Origin: Dongiaceae bacterium
GTDB lineage: Bacteria; Pseudomonadota; Alphaproteobacteria; Dongiales; Dongiaceae
Length of the DNA stretch: 64,000 bases
Assembly: GCA_035539215.1 (NCBI GenBank)
Contig: DATLIX010000183.1
Coordinates: 1,993-65,992 of the forward strand
Direction of reading: 5' to 3'
The stretch's first letter is position 1. Every line of letters starts with the position of its first letter. The translations under genes and the position numbers were made by a program. The notes beneath the pieces are model-generated. The model did no database searches and had not been told where the DNA came from. It worked only from the letters and a program-made list of their open reading frames with translations. This document shows positions 8,736 through 17,907 of the stretch, in pieces.

Positions 8736-9751
8736 GGCGTCGGCGCAATCACGGGAACACCGCGATACGTCCCGGTCAAGCTGCGGAGAAAGGCGACGAT
8801 CGAATCGACCTGCTGATCCGTCAGTGTGCGATTGAGCTGGGCCGCGGCCATCCGGCGCACGGCGTCATTGAGGGTGGGAGCGCTGCCGTCGTGGAAATAA
8901 GGCGGGGTCGTCGCCACGTTGCGCAGACTGGGCACCCGCAGAATTTCCGGCTTGGGCGCGGCAAGCGGACGGAAAATGCCGTGACGAGCGAACAGATTGC
9001 CGCCGACATTGACGCCCTGATGGCAGGAGATGCAGCCGAACGACTTGAACAACCTGTATCCGTTCTGCTCGTCGGCGGTAAGGGCCGTCGCGTCGCCGCG
9101 GAGCCACAGGTCAAATCGGCTGCCGGGCGTGATCAGCGACCGCTCATAGCTGGCGATGGCATCCAGCAGGCTGTCTCGGTCGGGGCCGTGGCCATAGATA
9201 CGCTTGAAGAGTTCGTTCATCTCAGCATCGGACCGCAGTTTGCCGACGACTTCGTCGATGCTCGTTCCCATGAATCCCGGGTTTTCAAACGCCGCCGCCG
9301 CCTGCGCCTCCAGGGTGCGGATATTTCCTTCCCAGTTGAGGCGGAAATTGAGCGCCGCGTTGAAGACGGTGGTGGTGTTCAGCGGGATCAGCAATCCGTC
9401 GGCATCTTTGTCATGGCTGCTGGCATCCGCGCCATTGGTGCGCACATCGTGGCAGGACGAGCAGGCATATACGTTGCCGCGCGACAGCCTCGTATCGGTG
9501 AAAAGCCGCTCACCGAGCGCCACTTTGAGGGGATCCATCTCCGGTGCCGACGGGATCGGCGTGATCGGCTCCGTCGCGGTGAAGGGCTTCGGCGTCGGCA
9601 ATGTCGGATCGGCCGCCCGTGTCAGCGCACCGCTCACAATGAACGGCGCCAACAAGGCGGCGGGAAGCAAAACATAGCGCAGCCGCCGGCATAGAACAGC
9701 CGGGTCGGGGCGACATAATAATGCTGATAATCTGCCAAGAGTGCGGGGCAT
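8732..9751 (-). CDS. Periplasmic diheme cytochrome c peroxidase/MauG-family protein
   Basis: Two CxxCH motifs (CSSCH, CISCH), VPSLRNVATTPPYFHDGS, LGERLFTDTRLS and an N-terminal hydrophobic signal. ATGA overlap with the kinase start. Start uncertain (9751 chosen). Confidence 0.88.
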   Translation of the reverse strand: MPRTLGRLSALLCRPDPAVLCRRLRYVLLPAALLAPFIVSGALTRAADPTLPTPKPFTATEPITPIPSAPEMDPLKVALGERLFTDTRLSRGNVYACSSCHDVRTNGADASSHDKDADGLLIPLNTTTVFNAALNFRLNWEGNIRTLEAQAAAAFENPGFMGTSIDEVVGKLRSDAEMNELFKRIYGHGPDRDSLLDAIASYERSLITPGSRFDLWLRGDATALTADEQNGYRLFKSFGCISCHQGVNVGGNLFARHGIFRPLAAPKPEILRVPSLRNVATTPPYFHDGSAPTLNDAVRRMAAAQLNRTLTDQQVDSIVAFLRSLTGTYRGVPVIAPTP

Positions 9752-10129
9752 GGCCAACTTTTTGAGCTGCGCAAGTGTTAGAAATAGGTGTCCCGAGGCG
9801 GGGCGTCCAGCCGTTATCTCGCGCGGCAAGGGCGATCCCGCCCCGGACAATCGCCCATCCGCCACGTTTGTATGGCCGTCTCCCACCCGCGGCAGCCGGC
9901 CGCCGATCTTCCCGCCCAGCCGAAGACGGCAGACGAATTTCCCTACCGCTCGACGTGACAAGACCGTGTTGCTGCAGCATCGCCTTTATCCAGCAGATCG
10001 TATTCCAGTCGTATGATCCCGGTACCCCCGTTCGCGGTGCCCCGGTTCCCGGTGCCGTCGGCGAAGTGACACCCGGCGAGATTGCGCCGGGTGCCGCCTT
10101 TGCCGAACTTCGCGTATTTCCATCCCAAG

Positions 10130-10816
10130 CTAATCCTTCGACCGCCCATGCCGCACGACCCGCTCGACGTCGTAACGGGAGACCCCGATATCCTTCAGCA
10201 TGCGGTCGTCGAGCGACTGCAAGGCTGCCAAGTCGCGCCGCATTTGACGAGCATCCTGAAATTTCGACTGCAGGGAGGATGCCAGTGACATGACCCATCC
10301 GCCCCAGCCCGCGTCCGAATCTGCCGGAGCCGGTGCGGCCACTTTCCGGCCATCGGCAATCCGCGCCGGAAGCTTGCTCTGCGTCCTCATTTCGTGCCGA
10401 TAACGGCTGCCCTGCTTGGCGGAATTCTCGCTTTGGCGGTGGAGATTGCTCCAATTGTCTTCGCGAGATTTCGCCGGGCGATCATAGCGGGCGTCGTCAT
10501 ACTCGCTGTCGCTGCTCATCATTAGAAAGGCCTCGGGATGGGTTGCCGCGGCCGCCAAGGCGAAATCGTTCACCAGCTGCTCCACCATCCGGGAGACATA
10601 TCCCGCGAAAAATTTCTGCTTTGCCGCCGGCAGAACGGTCACCCGATCGACGGTACCGGTACGTTCCGGAATCCGCTCTCCCGGGAAAGGGCGCTGCAGC
10701 GGAAAGCGATTGCTGATCGCCCCTTCGCTTCTGCCGCCTTCGCTCCGGCGAGAGCTCTGCTGGCTGTCGTTATGTTTAGCGACGGAACTGAAGGTGGAAT
10801 GCTTTTGCGTCTGCAT
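10130..10816 (-). CDS. Long DUF1127-domain protein
   Basis: C-terminal RRDLAALQSLDDRMLKDIGVSRYDV matches the DUF1127 signature. GGAGA RBS 5 nt before ATG 10816. Confidence 0.72.
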   Translation of the reverse strand: MQTQKHSTFSSVAKHNDSQQSSRRSEGGRSEGAISNRFPLQRPFPGERIPERTGTVDRVTVLPAAKQKFFAGYVSRMVEQLVNDFALAAAATHPEAFLMMSSDSEYDDARYDRPAKSREDNWSNLHRQSENSAKQGSRYRHEMRTQSKLPARIADGRKVAAPAPADSDAGWGGWVMSLASSLQSKFQDARQMRRDLAALQSLDDRMLKDIGVSRYDVERVVRHGRSKD

Positions 10817-10842
10817 CGATATCTCCGTAGCGTTTTATGACG

Positions 10843-10910
10843 AAGATAACGTGGCGTCTGCATGTTACCGGATCGTCTCCTGATCCGGAAAAGAAGCTAC
10901 GGTTGTAATG
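10843..10910 (-). promoter_or_regulatory. Putative promoter with vir-box-like operator for the DUF1127 gene
   Basis: GCTACGGTTGTAAT at 10896-10909 fits 12 of 14 positions of RYTNCAATTGNAAY. Half site GTTAC at 10864 and -10-like TATCTT at 10848-10843. Spacing is identical to 6049-6116. Confidence 0.68.
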
Positions 10911-11270
10911 CGCCGTATTGGACAACCGCATCACGGAAACCCCGCATCCACATGCGTATTTTTCAATGACATGTGGGCGCGCCGCATGGTTTGGACTACG
11001 GCAACGAAACCGTAACCGAAGCGTGGGGGCGCCTGAAACTGGGCGAGTTTTGGCTGGCTGCCTAGGCGATCGCATGTCGCGACCGGTGGCTGCAAAAGCG
11101 GCCGTCGACCAGCAAGAACGTCAGAGACGAAAATCTCAAAGACGAATTGCCGGGAGACGACCGTAACGGGAGGAATTATGAAAGTTATATGACACGCAAT
11201 CCTGGTCTCAAGTATCGCCCCAGGCCGCGTCTATGAAGGCAAACAAATATGAAGAAGATAAAGGCGGAAT

Positions 11271-12008
11271 TTATAGTGACTGAACAGGCAGGGTGAAGAC
11301 GTAGCCGACACCGCGCTCGGTTTGAATAATGCGCGGCGCATTGGGATCGATTTCCAGTTTACGCCGCAGCCGAAGAATCTGCACATCGATGCTGCGGTCG
11401 AAAATGTCTTCGTGAACGCGGGTTGCCTGCAGCAGATATTCGCGGCTGAGCGGTCGTTGCGGTGCGTCGAGGAAAGCCGTCAACAATGAATATTCACCTT
11501 TGGTCAGAGGGACCGGCTCCCCGTCGGGATTGGTCAGGCGCCGCGCCAGGCGGTCCAACTGCCAACCACCGAAGCGAAAGCGACCACGCGCCGGGTCGCG
11601 TTGCGGTGCTGTGCGGCCGAGCTCCCGGCGCCGCAAGACTGCCCGGATCCGTGCCAGGAGCTCGCGCAAACCGAACGGCTTAGTGAGATAGTCGTCGGCG
11701 CCGAGCTCCAACCCGACGACACGGTCAATCTCATCACGACGATGACCCGTGGTAATGATAACCGGAACGTCGGAATGCGAGCGGATCTCGCGCAGGAGAT
11801 CAAGACCGTCCTCCTGTCCGAGCCGCAGATCGAGAAGCACAAGGCTAGGCTCGCTATTGGCGAAGTGCCGCGTCATTTCCTCCTGACCGCTGACGGACGT
11901 CGCGTGCATATTATGTTCTTCGAGATAGTTGACTACCATGCGCTGCAAGGAGATGTCGTCGTCGACAACGAGAATGCGTGCTGGCTGAGTGTTTTCGTCA
12001 TTATTCAT
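11271..12008 (-). CDS. VirG-like OmpR-family response regulator
   Basis: ILVVDDD...LLDLRLGQEDGLD...GHRRDEIDRVVGLELGADDY...LSREYLLQATRVHEDIFDRSIDVQILRLRRKLE. The GxEDGL, extra-residue GxRxxE and SIDVxILRLRRKLE features match VirG as recalled. Start trimmed to ATG 12008. Confidence 0.85.
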   Translation of the reverse strand: MNNDENTQPARILVVDDDISLQRMVVNYLEEHNMHATSVSGQEEMTRHFANSEPSLVLLDLRLGQEDGLDLLREIRSHSDVPVIITTGHRRDEIDRVVGLELGADDYLTKPFGLRELLARIRAVLRRRELGRTAPQRDPARGRFRFGGWQLDRLARRLTNPDGEPVPLTKGEYSLLTAFLDAPQRPLSREYLLQATRVHEDIFDRSIDVQILRLRRKLEIDPNAPRIIQTERGVGYVFTLPVQSL

Positions 12009-12581
12009 GTCTTGCTCATGGCTATCAATTGCAGGACAATCATTTTGGCCGCGATGAAATCTTTGCCGATATTGTTCGACAGATAGGGTCGTAGCTGTGT
12101 GACGAAGCATGGGTCTCCCCGTTTTACTGGTCCCTACTTTGGAAATGCTGTCGAGTATTGAACCGGTCAACATGCGGCTCCCCTTCTTGTGACGATGGTC
12201 ACGCAAATCGCTCGACTTAGATAGAAGCCCGGATTGGATAGAGGCCCAGGCAGCCGGCCGCGAAATCCCCACCATTATTCGACGAGACGGAACTCTGATG
12301 TCCCCGCCGCATCGCCGTCATCACAGGTGGGCATTACATATCCCGCACCGAGCCCGATCGCAACAAGAAGACGCCGTCATGCATCCGAAGTTGCGACGAT
12401 CGGATAAAAATGTCGGGGCAAGCCGCACCTGTGCAGTGCCTGGCTTTGGCTCCGCGAAGCCTGATGATTCCCTTGCCGCGATGCCCGGCCACTAACGAAC
12501 GCAACATCGCGTGATCGCGCAGCACCGAAGCAATATCGATCATCACCCGGCGGCGGAGTATGGCGATAGCGCCGCGAGTCG

Positions 12582-12614
12582 GGCTGTGACAAAAGGGAAA
12601 GGAGGCTGTGACAA
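12582..12614. repeat. Direct repeat GGCTGTGACAA x2, 22-bp period
   Basis: Exact 11-mers at 12582-12592 and 12604-12614 in the intergenic region. Confidence 0.8.
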
Positions 12615-12663
12615 TTTAACACTCCAAACGGGATAAACCGCCCAGACTCCCCGAGCGCGCATT

Positions 12664-14025
12664 TTATTCCACGCTTCCCAGAATCATTGTGGCACGCAGA
12701 CCGGGGGAATTATCGCTGAGGTCGAGGCGACCGCCATGCAGGATGGCAACGGCTTCGACCAGGCTCAGTCCCAGACCCGTTCCCGGCGTGCCGCGACTGA
12801 CATCGCCCCGATAGAAACGCTCGGTCACTTTCGGCTTTTCATGATCCGGAATGCCGGGGCCGTCATCGGCGATGGATATGCCGATGACCCCATCGCCGCC
12901 CTTGATGGCGGAGACCGTTATATGGCCGTTATTGGGAGCGAATTTGAGGGCGTTGTCGATCAGGTTGCCGATGGCCTGGGCCAGGAGCAACGTGTCGCCG
13001 CGGATTGTCACCGCATCGCACCGCGCCAGCACGAGCGAGATATTGCGTAATTCCGCCGCCGGCGAATAAAAGTCGACCGCCTCGCTCGCCAATTCGGCAA
13101 GGTCGACCTCGACAAAGCCGGCGCGGCGCGCACCGGTGTCGATTTCCGCCAGCCGCAGCAGGGCATCGAACACCCGGATCACGCGATCAACATCGGCAAC
13201 AGCGCCCTCGATCTCGCCGAAAGTTTCGTCGACCGGCGGCTTGGTCAGCGAGACTTCTTCCAATCGCGAACGCAGTTCGGTGAGCGGCGTCCGCAAATCA
13301 TGCGCGATCGAATTCGATACATTGCGAATGCCGTGAACCAGCTTCTCGATCTGATCCAGCAGGCTGTTGATGGTATGCGACAGGGCATCCAACTCCGCCG
13401 TGGCGCCCGGCACCGGCAGGCGACGTTTGAGATCGCCGGCGACCAGCGCCGCACTTGCCTGGCTGATGCTTTGGATCGGCGACAGCATCACCCGCCGGAT
13501 CAGCAGCGCGCCAATGGCCCCGACCACGACGAGGGCGCCGATGGCTATTGCCAGGCCATACCAAAAGCGGATTTCCAGCGGTACCAAACGGGAGATGTCC
13601 CTGCCGACCAGCAGATGATAGCCGCCGGGAAGGAGGGTATGGACGAAAAACGTCCGCGCCCGGACGCCATTAAGCTGCATATCGACGTTATAACGACCAG
13701 CCGTCTCCGGAACCTCCGGCGGCCAGGAAGGCAGGTTCCCCGCGAGCGGCTTCCTTGCCGCATCGGTCAGCATGATAATCCGGCCGCTCATGAACTGCAT
13801 ATTGATGCGGGCGTCTATCCAGGCGACCAGCTTCTCGACGCCCTCGCTGCGATAGAGTTCGGCCATATGCTGGGAATCTTCCTGCAGGATTTCCGCGCGC
13901 CCGGCATCCATGGTCTGCCGCCAGCCATACCAGAGCGGCGCCGCAAACAGGATGAGCGTGATGATGCTGAGCACGACATAGCCGGCGGCCAGGGCGGCAG
14001 CCGAGGAACGCGCCAACCTAAGCAT
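12664..14025 (-). CDS. HAMP-domain sensor histidine kinase
   Basis: Two TM segments, HAMP, IAHDLRTPL H-box, NLIDNALKF, DDGPGI, GTGLGL. Overlaps the upstream regulator. Confidence 0.92.
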   Translation of the reverse strand: MLRLARSSAAALAAGYVVLSIITLILFAAPLWYGWRQTMDAGRAEILQEDSQHMAELYRSEGVEKLVAWIDARINMQFMSGRIIMLTDAARKPLAGNLPSWPPEVPETAGRYNVDMQLNGVRARTFFVHTLLPGGYHLLVGRDISRLVPLEIRFWYGLAIAIGALVVVGAIGALLIRRVMLSPIQSISQASAALVAGDLKRRLPVPGATAELDALSHTINSLLDQIEKLVHGIRNVSNSIAHDLRTPLTELRSRLEEVSLTKPPVDETFGEIEGAVADVDRVIRVFDALLRLAEIDTGARRAGFVEVDLAELASEAVDFYSPAAELRNISLVLARCDAVTIRGDTLLLAQAIGNLIDNALKFAPNNGHITVSAIKGGDGVIGISIADDGPGIPDHEKPKVTERFYRGDVSRGTPGTGLGLSLVEAVAILHGGRLDLSDNSPGLRATMILGSVE

Positions 14026-14698
14026 CGGCGGAGATCATGTATCCGGCGCTTCGGATGGTACGCAGCAGCGAACGGGCAAAGCCGGCATCGATCTTCTGGC
14101 GCAATTTGCTGACATGCACGTCGACGATATTGCTCTGCGGATCGAAATGATAATCCCAGACATTCTCCAACAGCATGGTGCGCGTGACCACCTGGTCCTT
14201 ATGGCGCATCAGATATTCCAGCAGCTTGAATTCACGCGGCTGCAGCGTTATCGGCCGCCCTTCCCGCGTCACCTTGCGCGACAGCAGGTCCATGCGCAGG
14301 CCATCTACCATCAGCAGCGTTTCCACGCTGGTGCTTTGGCCGCGCTTGGCCAATACGTCGAGGCGCGCCAGCAATTCACCGAAGGCAAAGGGCTTGGTGA
14401 GATAGTCGTCGCCGCCGCTTTTGAGGCCACGAATGCGCTCATCGACGTCCGACAGGGCCGACAGGATCAGGATCGGCGTCGTATTGCCGCCCATGCGCAA
14501 CGCCTCGATGATGCTGAGCCCGTCGATGCCGCCCGGCAGGAGACGGTCCATGATGATGACGTCGTAGCGCTCGCTGGCAGCCAGGAACATGCCGCTGCGG
14601 CCATTATCGGCATGGTCAACCGTATGGCCGGATTCGGCCAAGCCTTTCTTCAGAAAGCGGATGACGCGCTCGTTGTCCTCTACCAACAGAATCTTCAT
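14018..14698 (-). CDS. OmpR-family response regulator (CusR/CopR-like)
   Basis: MKILLVEDN...IMDRLLPGG...KPFAFGEL...VWDYHFDPQSNIVDVHVSKLRQKID. Confidence 0.93.
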   Translation of the reverse strand: MKILLVEDNERVIRFLKKGLAESGHTVDHADNGRSGMFLAASERYDVIIMDRLLPGGIDGLSIIEALRMGGNTTPILILSALSDVDERIRGLKSGGDDYLTKPFAFGELLARLDVLAKRGQSTSVETLLMVDGLRMDLLSRKVTREGRPITLQPREFKLLEYLMRHKDQVVTRTMLLENVWDYHFDPQSNIVDVHVSKLRQKIDAGFARSLLRTIRSAGYMISADA

Positions 14699-14778
14699 GT
14701 TCTACCTATTACGGCTCGACCGGCTCCGAGGACGGGACCGAGCAACCGTGCCTCCCCATCATAACAAACTACCGGCAC

Positions 14779-17700
14779 TTATTCTCCCGCAACGAGTGCG
14801 GGTTTCGCGGCTTCTACTTTAACATGCCGCTTGCGGCTCAACCAATGATTGACCCGGTCGAGATACAGATAGACCACAGGGGTCGTGAAGAGGGTCAGCG
14901 CCTGGCTCACCACCAGCCCGCCGACCATGGTATAGCCGAGCGGCTGGCGCAATTCCGAGCCGGTACCGTGTTCGAGCATCAGCGGCAGGGCGCCCAGCAA
15001 GGCGGCCATGGTGGTCATCATGATCGGGCGGAACCGCAGGATGCAGGCCTGGCGGATCGACTGCTCCGGCGTCATCCCATGATTGCGCTCGGCCTGGATG
15101 GCGAAGTCTACCATCATGATGCCGTTTTTCTTCACGATGCCGATCAGCAGGATGATGCCGACCAAGGCGATCACCGATAGATCGATATGCGAGATCATCA
15201 GGATCAGCAGCGCCCCCATGCCGGCCGAGGGCAGCGTCGAGAGAATGGTCAGCGGATAGATATAGCTCTCATAGAGGATGCCGAGAATGATGTAGACGGT
15301 GACGATCGCCGCCAGGATCAGAAGCGGCGTGCTCTTCAATGAATCCTGGAACGCCTGGGCATTGCCCTGGAAGGTACCCTGGATTGCCGGCGGCAGGCCG
15401 ATTTCCGTCGTCGCCTGGTTGATGACATTGACCGCATCGCCCAAGGCGACACCGGGCGCCAGATTGAATGACAGGGTGATCGCGGGAAACTGTCCCTGGT
15501 GGTTGATCGAGAGATAGCTGACCTTGTTGGTGTCGAACTTGGCAAAGGTGGAGAGCGGGACCTCCTGGCCGGTCAGCGGCGATTTGACATAGATGCGGTT
15601 CAACGTATCGGCGTCTCCCTGTACCTTGGGATCGACCTCGAGGACCACATGATAGGTGCTGCGCTGGGTGAAGTATTGCGTCACCTGGCGCTGGCCGAAA
15701 GCGTCGTCGAGCGTCTCGTCGATGACCTGCGGCTGGATGCCGAAGCGGGACGCCTGATCGCGGTCGATGCTGAGCGACAGGGTGCCGCCGCTGGTCTGCT
15801 GGTCGGTGGCGATATCGCGCAGCTGCGGCAGCGTCTTCAACTTGGCGACGACGCGGGGTGCCCAGGTATTGAGTTCGTCGATATCCGCATCCTGCAGCGT
15901 GTATTGATACTGGGTCCGCGACAGGCGTCCACCGACATTGAGATCCTGAGCCGCCTGCATGAAGAGGGCGATGCCCTGGACCTTGGCCAGCTGCGGGCGT
16001 AAGCGGGCGATGATCTGGTCGGCGGAGGCCGTCCGCTGGTCCCGTGGCTTGAGGCTCAACAGGACCAGCCCGGTATTTTCGGCGCGCGCGCCGCCGATCA
16101 CCGAGCCCCAGGCCGCGATATCGGGGTCCTTGGCCACGACATCCGTCAGGGACTGCTGCAGGCGCGACATTTCCGCAAAGGACACGTCCTGCGCCGCCTC
16201 GGAAAAGCCGGTGATGAGCCCGGTATCCTGCTGCGGGAAGAAGCCCTTCGGCACCTGGGTATAGAGATAGCCGGTGATGCCGAGCGTCAGGAAGAAGACG
16301 CCCAGGGTGATGAGGCGATAGCGCATGACCAGATCGAGGCCGCGCGTATAGAGCGCCAGCAAGCCGTCAAAGAAACCCTCGACGATCATATAGAGCTTGC
16401 CGTGGCGCCGGTGCTTCTCATCGCGCAGGAAGAGCGAGCACATCATCGGCGTCAGGGTCAAGGAGACGACGGCCGAAACCGCGATCGTCATGGTAACGGT
16501 CACGGCGAACTCACGGAACAGGCGGCCGATGATGCCGCCCATCAGCAGCAGCGGGATGAAAACGGCGACCAGCGAGACGCTGATGGAGATGATGGTGAAG
16601 CCGATCTCGCCCGCTCCCTTGAGGGCGGCCTCATAGGGCGTCATCCCCTCTTCCATATGCCGATAGATGTTTTCCAGCATGACGATCGCGTCATCGACGA
16701 CAAAGCCGACAGCGATGGTCAACGCCATCAGGGAGAGATTGTCCAGGCTGTAGCCGACCACATACATCAGGCCGCAGGTGCCGATCAGCGCGAGCGGCAC
16801 GGTGATGCCGGGAATGATCGTCGCCCAGAAGTTACGCAGGAAGAGGAAGATCACCATGACCACCAGTGCGATGGTCAGCATCAAGGTGAAGTTCACATCA
16901 TGGACCGAGGCGCGAATCGTCTGCGTCCGGTCGATCATCTTGTCGACCTTGAGGGAGGGCGGAACCGACAGCAGAATATGCGGCATCTTTGCTTCGATAT
17001 TCGACACCGCATCGATGACATTCGCGCCCGGTTGCTTATAGATGATGAGCAGAACGCTGCGCCGGCCGTTTTCCCAGGCAGCGAGCTTGGTGTTCTCCGG
17101 CCCGTCGACGGCCGTGCCGATATCGCGAATGCGGATCGGCGCACCGTTCTTATAGGCGACAATGACGTCATTCCAGGGCTTCGCCGCCGTCAGCTGGTCA
17201 TTGTCATAAATGGTGAAATTATGGGTGGCACCGTCGATCGATCCCTTGGCGGCATCGACCGTGACGGTGGAAATCATCCCCGCCACGTCTTCCATCTGCA
17301 GGCCGAGCGACGCCAGCTTGGCGGGATCGATCTGAACCCGCACCGCCGGCTTCTGCTGCCCGCCGATGACCACCTGGGAAATGCCGGGGATCTGCGACAG
17401 CTGCTGGGCGATTTGCGTCTCCGCATAGTCATCGACCGCGGTCAACGGCAGGACATCGGAATGCACGGCATAGACCACGATCGGCGAATCCGCCGGGTTG
17501 ACCTTGCGATAGGAGGGCGGGCTGGGCAGATCTTTCGGCAATTGTCCGGCGGCCGCATCAATAGCCGATTGAACGTCCTGGGCGGCGGCGTCGATGTCGC
17601 GGTCGAGATCGAACTGCACCGTCACCTGGGTGTTGCCCAACTGACTGGTCGACGTCATCTGCGACACGCCGGGAATGTCGGAGAACTGTTGTTCCAGCGG

Positions 17701-17895
17701 CGTCGCCACGGTCGAGGCCATGGTTTCCGGGCTGGCGCCCGGCAGGTTCGCGGAAACCGAGATGGTCGGGAAATCGATCTGCGGCAGAGGTGCGACCGGC
17801 AGCAAGGGATAGGTTACGGCGCCGACCAGAACGACGCCCAGCATGAGCAGGGAGGTCGCGATCGGGCGCTTGATGAAGGGCGTCGAGATATTCAT
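14779..17895 (-). CDS. RND efflux permease, MdtB/MdtC-like
   Basis: 1038 aa. FIKRPIAT, LPVAPLPQIDFPTI, GFVVDDAIV, GIVKKNGIMMVDFA, RFRPIMMTT. Confidence 0.95.
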   Translation of the reverse strand: MNISTPFIKRPIATSLLMLGVVLVGAVTYPLLPVAPLPQIDFPTISVSANLPGASPETMASTVATPLEQQFSDIPGVSQMTSTSQLGNTQVTVQFDLDRDIDAAAQDVQSAIDAAAGQLPKDLPSPPSYRKVNPADSPIVVYAVHSDVLPLTAVDDYAETQIAQQLSQIPGISQVVIGGQQKPAVRVQIDPAKLASLGLQMEDVAGMISTVTVDAAKGSIDGATHNFTIYDNDQLTAAKPWNDVIVAYKNGAPIRIRDIGTAVDGPENTKLAAWENGRRSVLLIIYKQPGANVIDAVSNIEAKMPHILLSVPPSLKVDKMIDRTQTIRASVHDVNFTLMLTIALVVMVIFLFLRNFWATIIPGITVPLALIGTCGLMYVVGYSLDNLSLMALTIAVGFVVDDAIVMLENIYRHMEEGMTPYEAALKGAGEIGFTIISISVSLVAVFIPLLLMGGIIGRLFREFAVTVTMTIAVSAVVSLTLTPMMCSLFLRDEKHRRHGKLYMIVEGFFDGLLALYTRGLDLVMRYRLITLGVFFLTLGITGYLYTQVPKGFFPQQDTGLITGFSEAAQDVSFAEMSRLQQSLTDVVAKDPDIAAWGSVIGGARAENTGLVLLSLKPRDQRTASADQIIARLRPQLAKVQGIALFMQAAQDLNVGGRLSRTQYQYTLQDADIDELNTWAPRVVAKLKTLPQLRDIATDQQTSGGTLSLSIDRDQASRFGIQPQVIDETLDDAFGQRQVTQYFTQRSTYHVVLEVDPKVQGDADTLNRIYVKSPLTGQEVPLSTFAKFDTNKVSYLSINHQGQFPAITLSFNLAPGVALGDAVNVINQATTEIGLPPAIQGTFQGNAQAFQDSLKSTPLLILAAIVTVYIILGILYESYIYPLTILSTLPSAGMGALLILMISHIDLSVIALVGIILLIGIVKKNGIMMVDFAIQAERNHGMTPEQSIRQACILRFRPIMMTTMAALLGALPLMLEHGTGSELRQPLGYTMVGGLVVSQALTLFTTPVVYLYLDRVNHWLSRKRHVKVEAAKPALVAGE

Positions 17896-17907
17896 CGCAT
17901 CACCCCT

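Noticed and set aside
9721-9790. Possible third copy of the vir-box promoter (ATGCTGATAA identical to 6046-6055)
   Set aside because: The GTTAC half site and the dyad are absent at the expected offsets (only GTTA at 9777), and it lies inside the probable signal-peptide coding region.
10017-10060. Short imperfect CCCGGT repeats between DUF1127 and the diheme gene
   Set aside because: Irregular, GC-rich and compatible with chance.
6243-12008. Interpretation as a Ti/Ri virulence region
   Set aside because: No virB, virC, virD or virE genes, relaxase or recognisable T-DNA border in the window, and the flanks look chromosomal. The virA/virG symbols were therefore withheld.
12158-12170. FNR/FixK-like TTGA...TCAA
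   Set aside because: The spacer is 5 bp, not the required 6.
12009-12275. 89-aa N-terminal extension of the VirG-like ORF, and similar extensions on several other ORFs
   Set aside because: The extensions precede the family domain start and look non-coding. Downstream starts with RBS or stop/start overlaps fit better.
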